A stretch of DNA of 64,000 nucleotides from a virus (IMGVR_UViG_3300003690_002850:1-64000); one strand, 5' to 3'. Counted from the stretch's first letter, positions 26,661 to 37,850 are shown. A program made the numbers and translations. Notes: generated by a model from the letters alone, not told the origin.

Positions 26661-29131
26661 TATAATTGTAGTCCTTTTCTAATTTGATAGTCTAAATTTT
26701 TGAATACGATTCCGCCATCGGGATCCCAGGATGCACTAAGAGATGATGTCGATCTTGTAACGGTATTGTAATTATTATTATAGTCTATAATATTATTTTG
26801 TACGTTTTCTGGAGAAACAATATTATAGGCTGTATATGGATAAAACTCATAAAATAAATCTAACCCAGAAGCTCCAGTAACAGTAGTATCTAATGGCCAG
26901 CCCCAGGTACTATATCCACTTAGAACAGGTGAATTATATGTAGATAAATAATAGGTAGATAGGATAGGGTTATTAGCGTCTACTTCACCATCTGCACTCA
27001 AGTTTGGAATCTGTTGAGGCCTAATTAAAATATACTCGTTATTAAATTTTTGTCTAACAACAAACGGTGTACCAGCAGTTACTTTATAAGTAGAAGCAGT
27101 AATTGGATTATCCAAATCTATATTTCTACTTGCAGCAGATGAAGTATAAAATTGTGTATCAAAACTTTGATCATATCGTTCATAGTCGCCTAATAGTTTA
27201 GAAATTTTTATACTAAACAAGTCATATAATCTTTTTAATTCAGGAGGTGCTTCCGGTAGTGCTATATCTATATCTTCATTGAAAAACTGATAAAAGGATT
27301 CTAGTGATTTAATTTTACAAAAATCAACATCACTATTATTCATAGTAAAGTTTGCGATTTTCTCGAAAATTGTTTTACCAAACGTTGTTGGGCTTGAGCT
27401 TGCTTGACCTACGAATGATGTAAATATACCGTCAAACAGTTTGTCATATTCATGCTGTAAAGATTGAAATCTATAACTTTTTAGTATTTTTGAATAATCT
27501 ACATCTTCATTAACTTTATAAACCTCTACATCATTAGTAGAAGGAAATACAGTAAAGGTATAAGAACCCATAATTAACGCAGCACCGCCCGTTGCTGTGG
27601 ATTCAGGAACTCCTAATGTTACTGGTCCGAGCGGCCCAGATGGATCATAATCTGTAGTCTTCATCAATGCAGAGAGACCAGCAGTCTCGGAGGCGAATGA
27701 ATCTAATCTTCCTGTTATATTTAACGACCATGTACCAGCACTAACTGGATCAATATTAAAATATGCAAAACTACTTAAAGCAGTGTCCGTTCCATCATAA
27801 GGAAAATATTCTGTACATAGACTGCTAATGTTAGAAGTTGTAGTAGTCGTACCATCTGACCATTCATACGCAAATTGTCTATCTTGTGGTGGGTTAGTTG
27901 CTCCTGCAAGCAAGTAAAATACATTATAATATTTTCCTATGTTTAGTTTCTTATCTGCAAGTGCTACAAATACTTGAAATTTATCACCTTGGCGTTTGTA
28001 TTCTATGCTAGACATCTCTTTCATCCCAGTAGATGTAAATGATAAACGACTTGTAAATGGTGTTAGTACTCTAACTGGTACACCAATACTACTTCCGACA
28101 TTTAGATTAACAGTAGACGTGTCTTTAACTGTTGGTCGAGCAACATCTGTTTCTAAAAAGTTTCGATTACTATTATTAATATCTGTATCAATACCATCTA
28201 CATAGAAATTCTTTATTCTATGTCTACTGGTATCTAATCGTATTAATAAATTTACTTGACTGGTTGGTATATCATCATAATATTTAAATATTATAGGTCG
28301 ACGGATTAAGGGTGATCCTGTACTAATATATTCATCTGAACTTGAATATAAAAGCTTAGCATCGGAGGTTGAGCCAGACAGAGCCTGTTTTTCTGTACAC
28401 TCTCTTATTATTGATGATGAACCTATATAAAAATAATGCGGATATAATAATGTTTTTAATCCATAAACATTATTAATATGAGTATTGTATACATCGTAAA
28501 AGGCATTATATGGAACTATATGTCCGTATTTATTATTAAAATCATATGGTTTTGCTATACTGCCACTAGAAGTAAAAAAGAATGTTTGAGCTTCGTTAGG
28601 ATCTGGAATGTCTTGCCAAGATCCAGTCGTTGCCATATTAAATGTTTTGAGTTCACCGGCAATTATATTTCTTGCATTTGCACCATCGCTTTGTGTTATG
28701 TTTCGTGTTTCTACGGCAATCCCTGTATTTGCATAATTATATATTGATATTGTTTCTGTAAATGTTGATTTGTATGCATTACTATCTTTATCATATAAAA
28801 ATACTGCAACTGTATAAATACCCGGTACGTTATAGATATGTGTAGCAGTAAACGCATCGGCACCGCTTAATGAATATCCATCACCAAAGTCCCATTTTGC
28901 TATACTATTAGATACTTTATGTGGAAATAGGTCTTGAATAGCTGGTGTTCCCTCCGTCGCAGAGATAACAGGAGTTAATGTGAATTTTGATATACGAGTA
29001 AACCCTGCATGAGTATCAGCTTGAGGATGACCATCGACACTATTTGGAGTAGTCCCAGAAGTATTAACAGTTACTGTAAATGGTACTGGTAAGTTTTTAG
29101 GACAATTGAGACTGGTTGTTGATGTACTCAT
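26660..29131 (-). CDS. PKD-domain baseplate/virion protein
   Basis: WDFGDG...ATHIYNVPGIYTV PKD signature; follows gp6. Confidence 0.7.
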   Translation of the reverse strand: MSTSTTSLNCPKNLPVPFTVTVNTSGTTPNSVDGHPQADTHAGFTRISKFTLTPVISATEGTPAIQDLFPHKVSNSIAKWDFGDGYSLSGADAFTATHIYNVPGIYTVAVFLYDKDSNAYKSTFTETISIYNYANTGIAVETRNITQSDGANARNIIAGELKTFNMATTGSWQDIPDPNEAQTFFFTSSGSIAKPYDFNNKYGHIVPYNAFYDVYNTHINNVYGLKTLLYPHYFYIGSSSIIRECTEKQALSGSTSDAKLLYSSSDEYISTGSPLIRRPIIFKYYDDIPTSQVNLLIRLDTSRHRIKNFYVDGIDTDINNSNRNFLETDVARPTVKDTSTVNLNVGSSIGVPVRVLTPFTSRLSFTSTGMKEMSSIEYKRQGDKFQVFVALADKKLNIGKYYNVFYLLAGATNPPQDRQFAYEWSDGTTTTTSNISSLCTEYFPYDGTDTALSSFAYFNIDPVSAGTWSLNITGRLDSFASETAGLSALMKTTDYDPSGPLGPVTLGVPESTATGGAALIMGSYTFTVFPSTNDVEVYKVNEDVDYSKILKSYRFQSLQHEYDKLFDGIFTSFVGQASSSPTTFGKTIFEKIANFTMNNSDVDFCKIKSLESFYQFFNEDIDIALPEAPPELKRLYDLFSIKISKLLGDYERYDQSFDTQFYTSSAASRNIDLDNPITASTYKVTAGTPFVVRQKFNNEYILIRPQQIPNLSADGEVDANNPILSTYYLSTYNSPVLSGYSTWGWPLDTTVTGASGLDLFYEFYPYTAYNIVSPENVQNNIIDYNNNYNTVTRSTSSLSASWDPDGGIVFKNLDYQIRKGLQL

Positions 29132-30987
29132 TAATATTCTACTATAGCCTTAGTTTCCAAAACACTGACAACTTTAATTTTATTTTTAAATGCTATTTCA
29201 TTTTCTATGTATGGTATTTGATATGGTTTTAATTTTAATGTCGTATCAATAAATTTTAGATCTTTTCCGTTATATATAGGATTAAAAATGCATAACGATA
29301 ACCCCGGTATTTCTACACCTGTATCTGTTCTTTTTGTCTTAAAATCAACTAATCCAGGGATGCCTTCAATTTCATTATTTAAATCTCTTACATTTATTGT
29401 TGCTCCTAATTTTAATTTTTTAAGATACGAAGATATAATATTAAATACTTTCGATTTTAAATTAGATTCATTAATTAATGATCGAGCCTCTCTGCGTAGA
29501 TGTAGTTCGGTAGTGTTTTTATACCCAACATTATAATGTTCATGGCCAGATTTAAGTGATAAATCAACGCTTAAATAAACAGGATCTAGAAAAGAAATTT
29601 CACTATTTAATAGTTTATAGTTTTGAATTTCTAATTGAATTTTTTCTTTTAATGAAGGTGGTAAATAATTAGATCGAATAACTACAGATTTTTCTTTTCG
29701 TAATTTAGGTACAATAGTTAAGTATATATTATTTGAATCAGCGCTATCCGCATAATAATATTGATTAAGCAATGCATTTGTGTCTTTAGTATAATCAGTT
29801 AATCCTAATTCATCATTTATATATCTTAAATAATCATTTGTGTAATCACTGTTGTTAAGTACAGTACAATCATATACGAAATTTTTATAATTACGTTGAA
29901 TAAAACTCTTATAGTCAGCTTTAGTAGTTAATCTATATTCTGAACTAAAAAATCTTGGAGCATTTTGCTTAATTTCTGATGCAGTTTCTGGTGCACCGAA
30001 TTCAGTACTGTCTTGAGTGTTAGTTATAGTAATATTAGGTGAAGCTGATATACTCATATAATTAAGAGAAGTGTCTTTAATATCAGCAAATATTTCATCG
30101 TATTGTGAGGTATTGTAAATATTTATAGTACTATCTTTTAATGTATTTTTTGTTACTTTGCCTCGCGTACCTGATGATTTTAAATAATATATTGCTACGG
30201 AGTCTCCTAAGTTTAATTTCTTACCATTAATACTATTTCCAAATTTAAGTTCATATTTTTTATTTTCATTATATGTAACTTCAAATTGTCTATTATTTGG
30301 TTTTGATAAGAATAAACTTGGTGTTCTGCTCCATTCATACCATTTATTTTGTTCATTTACTTCTTTAACAAAAACAAAAATATTAAAATGATCTATTAGT
30401 ATATCACCACCCGGGTTTAAAAATATTGTTTCGTATTTTTCGCCTATAGGAAATAATATTGGATATTCTTCTATACTACCTTCATACAATAGTGTATTAC
30501 CTACAGGTGTTACTGTTTCAGCGGTAGTCAGTGTTTTTTCAAATGTTATATCTTGTATAACAGTAAATGTTTGACCACTACCCGCTGTAAAAGTGAATTT
30601 TGGTACAGTATAATATCCTTTGCTTAATGCAGCCTTTCCGGTTACATTAATCGGTAATATACAAGTTTGTGAACCGAGCGGCTTGTATCCTATTAATTTA
30701 ACAATTCGATTTACATTTTCATATAATTCAGCGTCGGCAAAATTACTTTCAGCACTTGTCTGGTTTAAATAAAATAATAATGTGTGATATGTATACGCGA
30801 GTATGTCTATAAGAGCGGAGATGTTACTACCTTCAAAATTTTGATCTGTAAAATTAATTGTTGTGTCGTCGTTAAGGCGACTGACAATTAAATCGCGCAT
30901 ACTTTGAGCATCAAAGCTAGTGTATGCATTTGTTGGTAAATTAAACTCTGTTAAATTGGATCGTGTTGTAGTTGTATATTGACTCAT
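29131..30987 (-). CDS. gp6: Baseplate wedge subunit (T4 gp6-like)
   Basis: FTDQNFEGSNISALIDILAY, LIGYKP, YELKFGN, RLTTKADY motifs. Confidence 0.9.
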   Translation of the reverse strand: MSQYTTTTRSNLTEFNLPTNAYTSFDAQSMRDLIVSRLNDDTTINFTDQNFEGSNISALIDILAYTYHTLLFYLNQTSAESNFADAELYENVNRIVKLIGYKPLGSQTCILPINVTGKAALSKGYYTVPKFTFTAGSGQTFTVIQDITFEKTLTTAETVTPVGNTLLYEGSIEEYPILFPIGEKYETIFLNPGGDILIDHFNIFVFVKEVNEQNKWYEWSRTPSLFLSKPNNRQFEVTYNENKKYELKFGNSINGKKLNLGDSVAIYYLKSSGTRGKVTKNTLKDSTINIYNTSQYDEIFADIKDTSLNYMSISASPNITITNTQDSTEFGAPETASEIKQNAPRFFSSEYRLTTKADYKSFIQRNYKNFVYDCTVLNNSDYTNDYLRYINDELGLTDYTKDTNALLNQYYYADSADSNNIYLTIVPKLRKEKSVVIRSNYLPPSLKEKIQLEIQNYKLLNSEISFLDPVYLSVDLSLKSGHEHYNVGYKNTTELHLRREARSLINESNLKSKVFNIISSYLKKLKLGATINVRDLNNEIEGIPGLVDFKTKRTDTGVEIPGLSLCIFNPIYNGKDLKFIDTTLKLKPYQIPYIENEIAFKNKIKVVSVLETKAIVEY

Positions 30988-30989
30988 GA

Positions 30990-31472
30990 TTAAATGTAAT
31001 TAAAGGTTCCTTCTGTTAAGATTGCAGTTGAGGTTGCTGCTTTGTTATCTAATGAAGGTATAATAATAGTTATAGATACTTCATATTCATTATCATCAGG
31101 TTTTGCAACAACATCAATCGAGTCCACTGTTATACGTGGTTCATGTATAGGTAGTTCTTCAAGTATTGTTTTACCAATAATATCTGCATTCTCTTTAGAA
31201 ATATTATTAAATAAAAATACTTCTAAATCTAAACCGAATGTAGGGTTTAGAATTTTTTGTCCTTTTTTAGTATTAAAGATATTTTTGATAGAATTAAAAA
31301 TAGCGTGTTCGTCGTAACTTAATCTAAAATCTATAGGGTTTTTACCGACTCCTACAGGGGTAGACGGATAATGACTACTAAGATCAAGATCTAATTTTAA
31401 ATCAGCGTAAGAAAATTTACGATAGGCATCCGTATTTTTTCGATCTTTAAGTATATCAAGTCTTATCGCCAT
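30990..31472 (-). CDS. gp25: Baseplate wedge subunit (T4 gp25-like)
   Basis: AIFNSIKNIFNTKKGQKILNPTFG...HEPRI. Confidence 0.9.
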   Translation of the reverse strand: MAIRLDILKDRKNTDAYRKFSYADLKLDLDLSSHYPSTPVGVGKNPIDFRLSYDEHAIFNSIKNIFNTKKGQKILNPTFGLDLEVFLFNNISKENADIIGKTILEELPIHEPRITVDSIDVVAKPDDNEYEVSITIIIPSLDNKAATSTAILTEGTFNYI

Positions 31473-31518
31473 GTATAATTATTTAATTTATAAGTGCTTA
31501 AAACAATAAATAATTGAA

Positions 31519-32028
31519 ATGAGTAAGTTCGATACATTATTTGAAGAACAAATTGGTCAGTTTACTAGGCCCGGTCCAGTTGCTGGAGATTATGTTAAAA
31601 TTAAAGGCACTTGCAAGTCGTCTGATTGGTATAAAGGTCTCGGTGAGGCTAGACAAAATTATGTCAATGAAATTTTAACGTTAGTTGAGCAGGGCAAATA
31701 TCTTATGCTTTCTACTATAAAGAAGAATATGTATGAGACAAGGCACCCTAATAAGTCTGAAGCTACAGATTCACAAGGATGGGATATTGCTGATATCGTT
31801 GTTGAAGTTAACCCAGGCTTCTTCTCACACAATTTAACAGTTCCTATGGATTTGTTAGAGTTTGATATGTCATGGGAAGAAGCAAGAGCAACGCGACCAG
31901 TTAAAGGTGAAGATCCTGAAGTTGAGTTGAAGCCTAAAGACGTAGAAGATAAAGCAATTGATATAGGTCAGCAAACTAAAGTACCTGATGGTGACTATCA
32001 CTTAAGTACTGCGAATTATTTGCCTTAA
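31519..32028 (+). CDS. Late hypothetical protein (possible internal head protein)
   Basis: TAAATA-6nt-ATG; MSKFDTLFEE leader; GDYVKI. Confidence 0.7.
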   Translation: MSKFDTLFEEQIGQFTRPGPVAGDYVKIKGTCKSSDWYKGLGEARQNYVNEILTLVEQGKYLMLSTIKKNMYETRHPNKSEATDSQGWDIADIVVEVNPGFFSHNLTVPMDLLEFDMSWEEARATRPVKGEDPEVELKPKDVEDKAIDIGQQTKVPDGDYHLSTANYLP

Positions 32029-32933
32029 ATTTGTAAATCAAGTATACAAGAATAGAAGTTGATCTCTTGATCTATACACTGACTATTCTGGTAAAAGTAT
32101 TTAGAGACTGTAATTAGACAGTCTCTTTTTTTCTCTATATCCATTTCAGCTGTATACATATAATCAAATAAACGTTTAAATAGCTCATCATAATCATTAT
32201 TAAATAATCCTTCATTTTGAATTATATGTTTGCGTATTAATACATATTTTTTATGAGTTAGAAGATCATGTAATCCATCGAAGAAGTCTTTTACATTAAA
32301 TACATTATCATCTTTACCATCTGATAGAAAATATTGTTGTAAAGTATTAATACCTTTCCGGAAATCTGGATAGCAGCTATTAACGATAGTAGTAAATTGT
32401 TGTTTGTTAATTTTTACTTTTTCAGATTTAACAATAGATATTAATTTAGTTATATAGTCATTTTTATCATAATTAATATCAAATATTTGACACCTACTTT
32501 GAAGAGCAGGAATAATCTTATGTTTATAATTTGCCGTTAAAATGAATCTTGTTAAGTCGTGATATTCTTCTATCGAGTTGCGTAGCGCTTTTTGCGCATC
32601 AATAGATAATCCATCACACTCGTCGAGTACTATGACCTTAATATCCCCAAAGAGACTTTGAGTCTGCGCGAAGTTTAGAACTTTTGTGCGTATAGTATCT
32701 ATTCCGTTTTCATCAGATGCATTAATATAAAGATATTGACATTTAAGAATGTCTTTTACGATAATTTTAGCTAAAGAAGTTTTACCAATACCTGGTTTAC
32801 CTACGAATAATACATTAGGTATATTTTTTTCCGATTGTACTTTATTAAAATAAGTCCTAGTATTCTTATCTAAGACTATTTCATCTAAAGTACTTGGTCG
32901 GTATTTTTCACACCAAATATCAGAAATTGTCAT
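32025..32933 (-). CDS. gp44: Sliding-clamp loader AAA+ subunit (gp44/RFC-like)
   Basis: WCEKYRP, GKPGIGKT, NASDE, LDECD, SRC motifs. Confidence 0.95.
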   Translation of the reverse strand: MTISDIWCEKYRPSTLDEIVLDKNTRTYFNKVQSEKNIPNVLFVGKPGIGKTSLAKIIVKDILKCQYLYINASDENGIDTIRTKVLNFAQTQSLFGDIKVIVLDECDGLSIDAQKALRNSIEEYHDLTRFILTANYKHKIIPALQSRCQIFDINYDKNDYITKLISIVKSEKVKINKQQFTTIVNSCYPDFRKGINTLQQYFLSDGKDDNVFNVKDFFDGLHDLLTHKKYVLIRKHIIQNEGLFNNDYDELFKRLFDYMYTAEMDIEKKRDCLITVSKYFYQNSQCIDQEINFYSCILDLQI

Positions 32934-33415
32934 CCGGTAGACCCAAACCCATCTTTACCGCGGTCGGTATTATCAATTTTATTAGTTTCTGTTACTTTTG
33001 CTGTAAAATGAAGATATAATACTATTTGTGCAATTTTACTACCTTTAGGTAGTGTTACACTAGTATCACTAAAATTATATAATTTTACTCCTAGATCACC
33101 TCTATAACCGTTGTCGATAATACCTAAATGAGGTTGGAGATTATGTTTAAATCCTAAACCACTTCTAGGCTCTATTCTAAACCAGCAGCCCGGCGTTAAA
33201 TATCCTAGAGTTAATCCTACAGGAACTACAGTTGAACCACCCTCCGGGACAACAACTTCTTCAACACTATATAAATCATACCCGGTATCGCTTTTATGTG
33301 CTTGTTCCGGTAGCTTTGCATCTGGATGTGTCTTTACAAAGCTCATTTTAAAATCTGTTGGCCAGCGACCGCCAGTTGCTTTTAATTGTTCATTAATGCT
33401 GCCTTTTAAACTCAT
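32930..33415 (-). CDS. dut: dUTPase (trimeric)
   Basis: GYDL, RSGL, GIIDNGYRG, AQ, RGKDGFGSTG motifs. Confidence 0.95.
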   Translation of the reverse strand: MSLKGSINEQLKATGGRWPTDFKMSFVKTHPDAKLPEQAHKSDTGYDLYSVEEVVVPEGGSTVVPVGLTLGYLTPGCWFRIEPRSGLGFKHNLQPHLGIIDNGYRGDLGVKLYNFSDTSVTLPKGSKIAQIVLYLHFTAKVTETNKIDNTDRGKDGFGSTG

Positions 33416-33461
33416 ACGATAAATATAGTGTATATATTTGATTTTTCAAGTAAATAATTTT

Positions 33462-33923
33462 ATGGATGACATTAATCCCGCTGATTTAATATCACAATTA
33501 AAAACATTACCGAAAGATAATAAAAAACTACTTCGAGTTGCTGAAGACAGTACTGACTTACGTAAAGAAGACGTTGAGCAATTTATAATTCAAAAGTCTT
33601 CAAAATTAATTCAAGATTCATTAGAGTTAATAGATAATATGAAAGAAGTAGTTCATCATATGCCTGAAGCAGAAAATGTTTCTTCTCTCGCTGAGCTTAT
33701 TAAAGCATCTACTGGAGCTATAGAAACGTTAAATAAATTAGTTGTTCAAGATAAGAAATCTAATACTACAATAAAAGCAAAACAATTAGATATTGATTCT
33801 AAAAAACAACTTCTAGCATCAGACCAACAACATGCATTAATGTTAAGCAGAGAAGAAGTTCTTGATCGTTTATTAAAAAAGGCAAATGTTATTGAGATTA
33901 ATAAAGTAGAAACTAAGACCTAA
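33462..33923 (+). CDS. Terminase small subunit-like protein
   Basis: Helical protein with SSLAELIKA..AIETLNKL and SREEVLDRL, resembling T4 gp16-type TerS; TAAATA-5nt-ATG at 33462. Confidence 0.5.
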   Translation: MDDINPADLISQLKTLPKDNKKLLRVAEDSTDLRKEDVEQFIIQKSSKLIQDSLELIDNMKEVVHHMPEAENVSSLAELIKASTGAIETLNKLVVQDKKSNTTIKAKQLDIDSKKQLLASDQQHALMLSREEVLDRLLKKANVIEINKVETKT

Positions 33924-34767
33924 TATCATCCATAGTAAATGTTCGCCATGAGTCTTGAATTGCGTTCATTAGATCATCTACTTCTTGTTCGGTATTTTCT
34001 ACTGCAAGAGTATGTACAACAGGAATAGCTTCTTGCTTATTAGCTATTTTATTGCACGTTAGCCAAAATAATACTTTATATGCTCCGCCTAATATTCTTC
34101 CTATTTCTATCATAATGTCACTATGTATTTCTCCCAAGCGTTGGTAGTGTACATAATCAGTAACAAGATTGGTTCCGTGCGCGAGATTTGGTTTCCCGTC
34201 GTCACCGTAAATAACCTGTCGCATGTTACGTCCAAAAATAGCTTCAGCTCGTTTGCTTAATCCTAAAATATTTTTATGGGTATCAAAATCTAATTTGTCG
34301 ACTATTATATTATTATAAGGAAATGGTGTGATACTAGGGTCTTGTTCAGAATCAGGGGTTGGGTCAAATTCATCTGCATAGTGCATACTTCTACGTTGCG
34401 GAGTCAGGTATTGAGAAAATAATAATCCAACACTCTCTGATATAGTTTGAAGTATAGTATCTTCTATATTAGGTAATCTTTCTTCTAATAATTCTTTTAC
34501 TTTAGGATGAGCTTTACGATATTTATCTAACCACCAAGCAACAAATTCTCCGCTACTATCTATACCTGCTATATCAACTGGTTGGGTGTTTGCTAAATTT
34601 TCCCAGAAGTCGACTTCAGCTGTTATTGGATCGTTTTTATATTTTATACTACGGTATTGTTTTGCTAGATTATGAAAATCTATATATTGAGGGTCTAGTG
34701 TATCTGGATTTAAAGCATCACTATCCACTATATCTGGTATACCTGTTTTTAATGGTACTGTGCTCAT
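33913..34767 (-). CDS. Hypothetical baseplate-operon protein
   Basis: 284-aa ORF, translationally coupled to the upstream gene. Confidence 0.6.
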   Translation of the reverse strand: MSTVPLKTGIPDIVDSDALNPDTLDPQYIDFHNLAKQYRSIKYKNDPITAEVDFWENLANTQPVDIAGIDSSGEFVAWWLDKYRKAHPKVKELLEERLPNIEDTILQTISESVGLLFSQYLTPQRRSMHYADEFDPTPDSEQDPSITPFPYNNIIVDKLDFDTHKNILGLSKRAEAIFGRNMRQVIYGDDGKPNLAHGTNLVTDYVHYQRLGEIHSDIMIEIGRILGGAYKVLFWLTCNKIANKQEAIPVVHTLAVENTEQEVDDLMNAIQDSWRTFTMDDIRS

Positions 34768-36152
34768 TCTTTTTCTCTATCTAATTTACCACAAATAACT
34801 TTTGATGTAAATACTCCTGGTCGTAATACAGTTGTATTTTGTAAAATAAACCATAATCCTGAAATATCTCTCATTTCTCGGTTAAATGGGATACCGGTTA
34901 ATTCAAGATTTACAAAATTACTGCCCTTTAAATATAAATTTCCAAGTAGTGGTATTGTTATTTTTTTGGAACAGTTTATAAATTTTTGTTGTAAGACTAA
35001 TCGACCTGTATAATTGGTTTGGGTTTGTTCATTTTCAAAAGCAGTTAATATTACTCTGTTAGATTTATTTAAACTAGATGGCTCCTGATTAACGGCTGCT
35101 TCTTTGATCGTTGCACCGAGCCGGGATAAATTAAAATTAGCATAATTAAGGATATCTTGTTTTAATTTATTTACAGTACCTTCTTCATTGAATAAATTAA
35201 ATTCTTTATTAGAGAAATTGTATGATGATACGGAATGATCTATTACTGTATCAACCTCGACTGTCGTTTTTTGTGGTATAATATTTATTTTAGATATATG
35301 AGCAGGCATGCCTGGTTTATTTGTTTGTTTTGTATTACTATATGATTGTCTATTATCTTCTGTTTCTATTCGTATTAACCCAGCGTAGTTTCTTAGGGAT
35401 GCCTGTTTTATAAGTTTACCTAAAGAGGTAAGTTGGTATACTCCTTTATTTTTTGTTAATATTCCCATGTCATGGTCTATTTTAGAATTATATTTAGATA
35501 TTAAATAGTTTAATCCTGCAATTGCAGGTTGTTGGTTTTTTAATGTGTATTCTATTTTCGAGGAACTCTCCTCCCAGTTGTTTACATCAATGATTGATTC
35601 TGGTTTGGATTCTCTTTTGTATAATGAAACTAACAAATGCTTGATTGCGTCACTAACTAAAATTTGTTTGTCGTTTGTACTTTTATGAGTAGCATCATTT
35701 ATATAATTATTTGTTGACCATGGGAATTTAGTATACATTAATGGTCCATAGTCTATGTTTACAAAAAAGTAGTTTAATACTTTTTGTCCGTCGTTAAGAC
35801 CGATCTCTACGTTTTGTACTATATATGTTTCGGATAATATTGTAACCTTTTGGTTAGTAGTAGGATTATAAACTTGTTCAACAGCAATATAAATAAATTC
35901 CCCACCACTAGTAACCATATTGTAATCAAATGATTTAAATGGTGCTACTGTTTGAAATGTACTACGTTCAAACTTATTATCTAATTGTAACCGACCTCGC
36001 ATGAACGGAGTAAGGTATGACGATTCGAATGTTAATTTTTTAAAATCTTGGCCAGGAATAACTTTAGTTTGACCTTTATCATTTACGAACTGAATAGTAA
36101 CCAAATATTCTGTACTATTTGCAGTAATTCTAAGTGGTTCATTGCTAGCCAT
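34764..36152 (-). CDS. Baseplate hub protein (gp27-like, by synteny)
   Basis: LTFESSYLTPFMRGRL N-term and GLWFILQ C-term; follows gp53. Confidence 0.5.
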   Translation of the reverse strand: MASNEPLRITANSTEYLVTIQFVNDKGQTKVIPGQDFKKLTFESSYLTPFMRGRLQLDNKFERSTFQTVAPFKSFDYNMVTSGGEFIYIAVEQVYNPTTNQKVTILSETYIVQNVEIGLNDGQKVLNYFFVNIDYGPLMYTKFPWSTNNYINDATHKSTNDKQILVSDAIKHLLVSLYKRESKPESIIDVNNWEESSSKIEYTLKNQQPAIAGLNYLISKYNSKIDHDMGILTKNKGVYQLTSLGKLIKQASLRNYAGLIRIETEDNRQSYSNTKQTNKPGMPAHISKINIIPQKTTVEVDTVIDHSVSSYNFSNKEFNLFNEEGTVNKLKQDILNYANFNLSRLGATIKEAAVNQEPSSLNKSNRVILTAFENEQTQTNYTGRLVLQQKFINCSKKITIPLLGNLYLKGSNFVNLELTGIPFNREMRDISGLWFILQNTTVLRPGVFTSKVICGKLDREKE

Positions 36153-36158
36153 TATACT

Positions 36159-36527
36159 TTATATTAGTTGTTGTTTTATTTCTGCGAGTATAGTATTTAC
36201 ATATGATGGTCTTATAAGTTTATAAGCCTTCCCGACCTCAGGATTAACAGTCGGGTTTTGTATCTTATTTACACCGCATATAAGCCACCAGAGGTTTTGA
36301 TCTCCATATACTTCATGTGCTAGTGTTGTCCATGGAATACTAGCGGTAGTATATTGTTCATAATATACTTCTGTCCCGAGGTCATCTGGAAAGTTAATTT
36401 TTTTAATAATGTTATAAAAAAGATAATTATCACATAAACTCATACTAAATATATTTTCATATCTAGTATCACTTAGCGGTAATAAAGTATCAATATTATT
36501 TCTCTTTTTTTGTAAATCAGTTATCAT
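36159..36527 (-). CDS. gp53: Baseplate wedge subunit (gp53/LysM-like)
   Basis: WTTLAHEVYGDQNLWWLICGVNKIQNP. Confidence 0.8.
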   Translation of the reverse strand: MITDLQKKRNNIDTLLPLSDTRYENIFSMSLCDNYLFYNIIKKINFPDDLGTEVYYEQYTTASIPWTTLAHEVYGDQNLWWLICGVNKIQNPTVNPEVGKAYKLIRPSYVNTILAEIKQQLI

Positions 36528-37850
36528 TTATTCTTTAGGGTCTGGCGGAAAAATTCCGTGGTCTTTTTGTCTTTGTTTTGACCAAGGTGAAAGACTTTGA
36601 GGGACTCCTTCTCGTAACGCGTTTCCTTTCTCAATGTCGGATTCACTTGATTCTTTAACGACTTCAGTAGCATTTACAGCGTTATTAAGACTATCAAAAA
36701 ATAAGTTCTTTGTTTCTGGTGTAAGACTGGTTAGTGTTAATTGTACCTCGTATCCTTCAGGAACAATAGCTTCGACTTGTTCTCCGCCAAGATTTGCATG
36801 AAAGGGTCTTCTTACACCGACAAAATTTACATTAATTTTACTCAAAAAGCTCCATCGATAACTAAAAACACCTGGACAGAAAGCTTGATATATAACCGGG
36901 GGTGTTAATGATGTTCTATTAATCCTATTAGGTAAATTTTGATAAAGTAACAAATATATAAAAGTAAGATTATCAAGGGCGGTTGATTTCTGATCGTATA
37001 CTGTATTATCTAAGAAAAAGTTTATATCATAGCTCGGACCAGCTTGAGGATAGTCAAAAGTTTTAGCAAAATCGACTCCTACGGACGGTGAAAGTAGGCT
37101 TGTAATGTTTGATAATGCCCCAACTGATTTTATTAGGAAATTTGAGCCTTCACTACCCCATGAATTGTTTATTTGTTTATATGAATCTTCTAAGTAAGGT
37201 ATGTTATATTTAAATCCAGTATAATGTATACCATATATTCTTTCATAATTTCTTAAATATGCTGGTCCAGATATACGATTAGCTCCTAGTACATGTTTCC
37301 GTAGAGCTTCAAAGTCAGCTGATACGGCATTTGCTCCAATTACTCCGGAACTAAATAGTTCGTGAATACCTTTGCCAGCCCAATCACTAATGCCACCTGC
37401 GAGGTCGCTCCAAAAACCACCAGGTGCGTCAGGATCAACTCCTGATCGCTGAATAGCTCTCTGTACAGCAGTACCTTGCTGAGGGCCAGTTAGTTTTTGA
37501 CCTATGTCAAGTAATCCTGTTCTTTCTGGTGAAACTAATTGATCTATAAAAAGAGCTAGGTTATTAAAAAACGCTGGGTTTACTACTTCCATTTCCCTTA
37601 AAGTAATAGTTGGTGTATTATTTACAGTAACGGAATTTAATGAGGATTTTGTCCATCTAAACTTCTTTACAATATTAAACAGACCATCGTTAGTAGGTAC
37701 TGCTATCTTAGCCATGTTTTTAGAATATCTTTGACTCTTAGCTGCAGTTTGTACTGTTCTAAGAAAAGTACTACCAGACGCCTTTACTGCTTGAGTAGTT
37801 TCTGGTTCAACTGATTCAAATCTAAAAAATTTTGTCGGTGTTTGTATCAT
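36528..37850 (-). CDS. Baseplate-tail tube junction protein (gp48-like, tentative)
   Basis: INFFLDNT, YQNLPNR, PPVIY, INVNFVG, PEGYEVQLTL motifs; synteny. Confidence 0.5.
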   Translation of the reverse strand: MIQTPTKFFRFESVEPETTQAVKASGSTFLRTVQTAAKSQRYSKNMAKIAVPTNDGLFNIVKKFRWTKSSLNSVTVNNTPTITLREMEVVNPAFFNNLALFIDQLVSPERTGLLDIGQKLTGPQQGTAVQRAIQRSGVDPDAPGGFWSDLAGGISDWAGKGIHELFSSGVIGANAVSADFEALRKHVLGANRISGPAYLRNYERIYGIHYTGFKYNIPYLEDSYKQINNSWGSEGSNFLIKSVGALSNITSLLSPSVGVDFAKTFDYPQAGPSYDINFFLDNTVYDQKSTALDNLTFIYLLLYQNLPNRINRTSLTPPVIYQAFCPGVFSYRWSFLSKINVNFVGVRRPFHANLGGEQVEAIVPEGYEVQLTLTSLTPETKNLFFDSLNNAVNATEVVKESSESDIEKGNALREGVPQSLSPWSKQRQKDHGIFPPDPKE

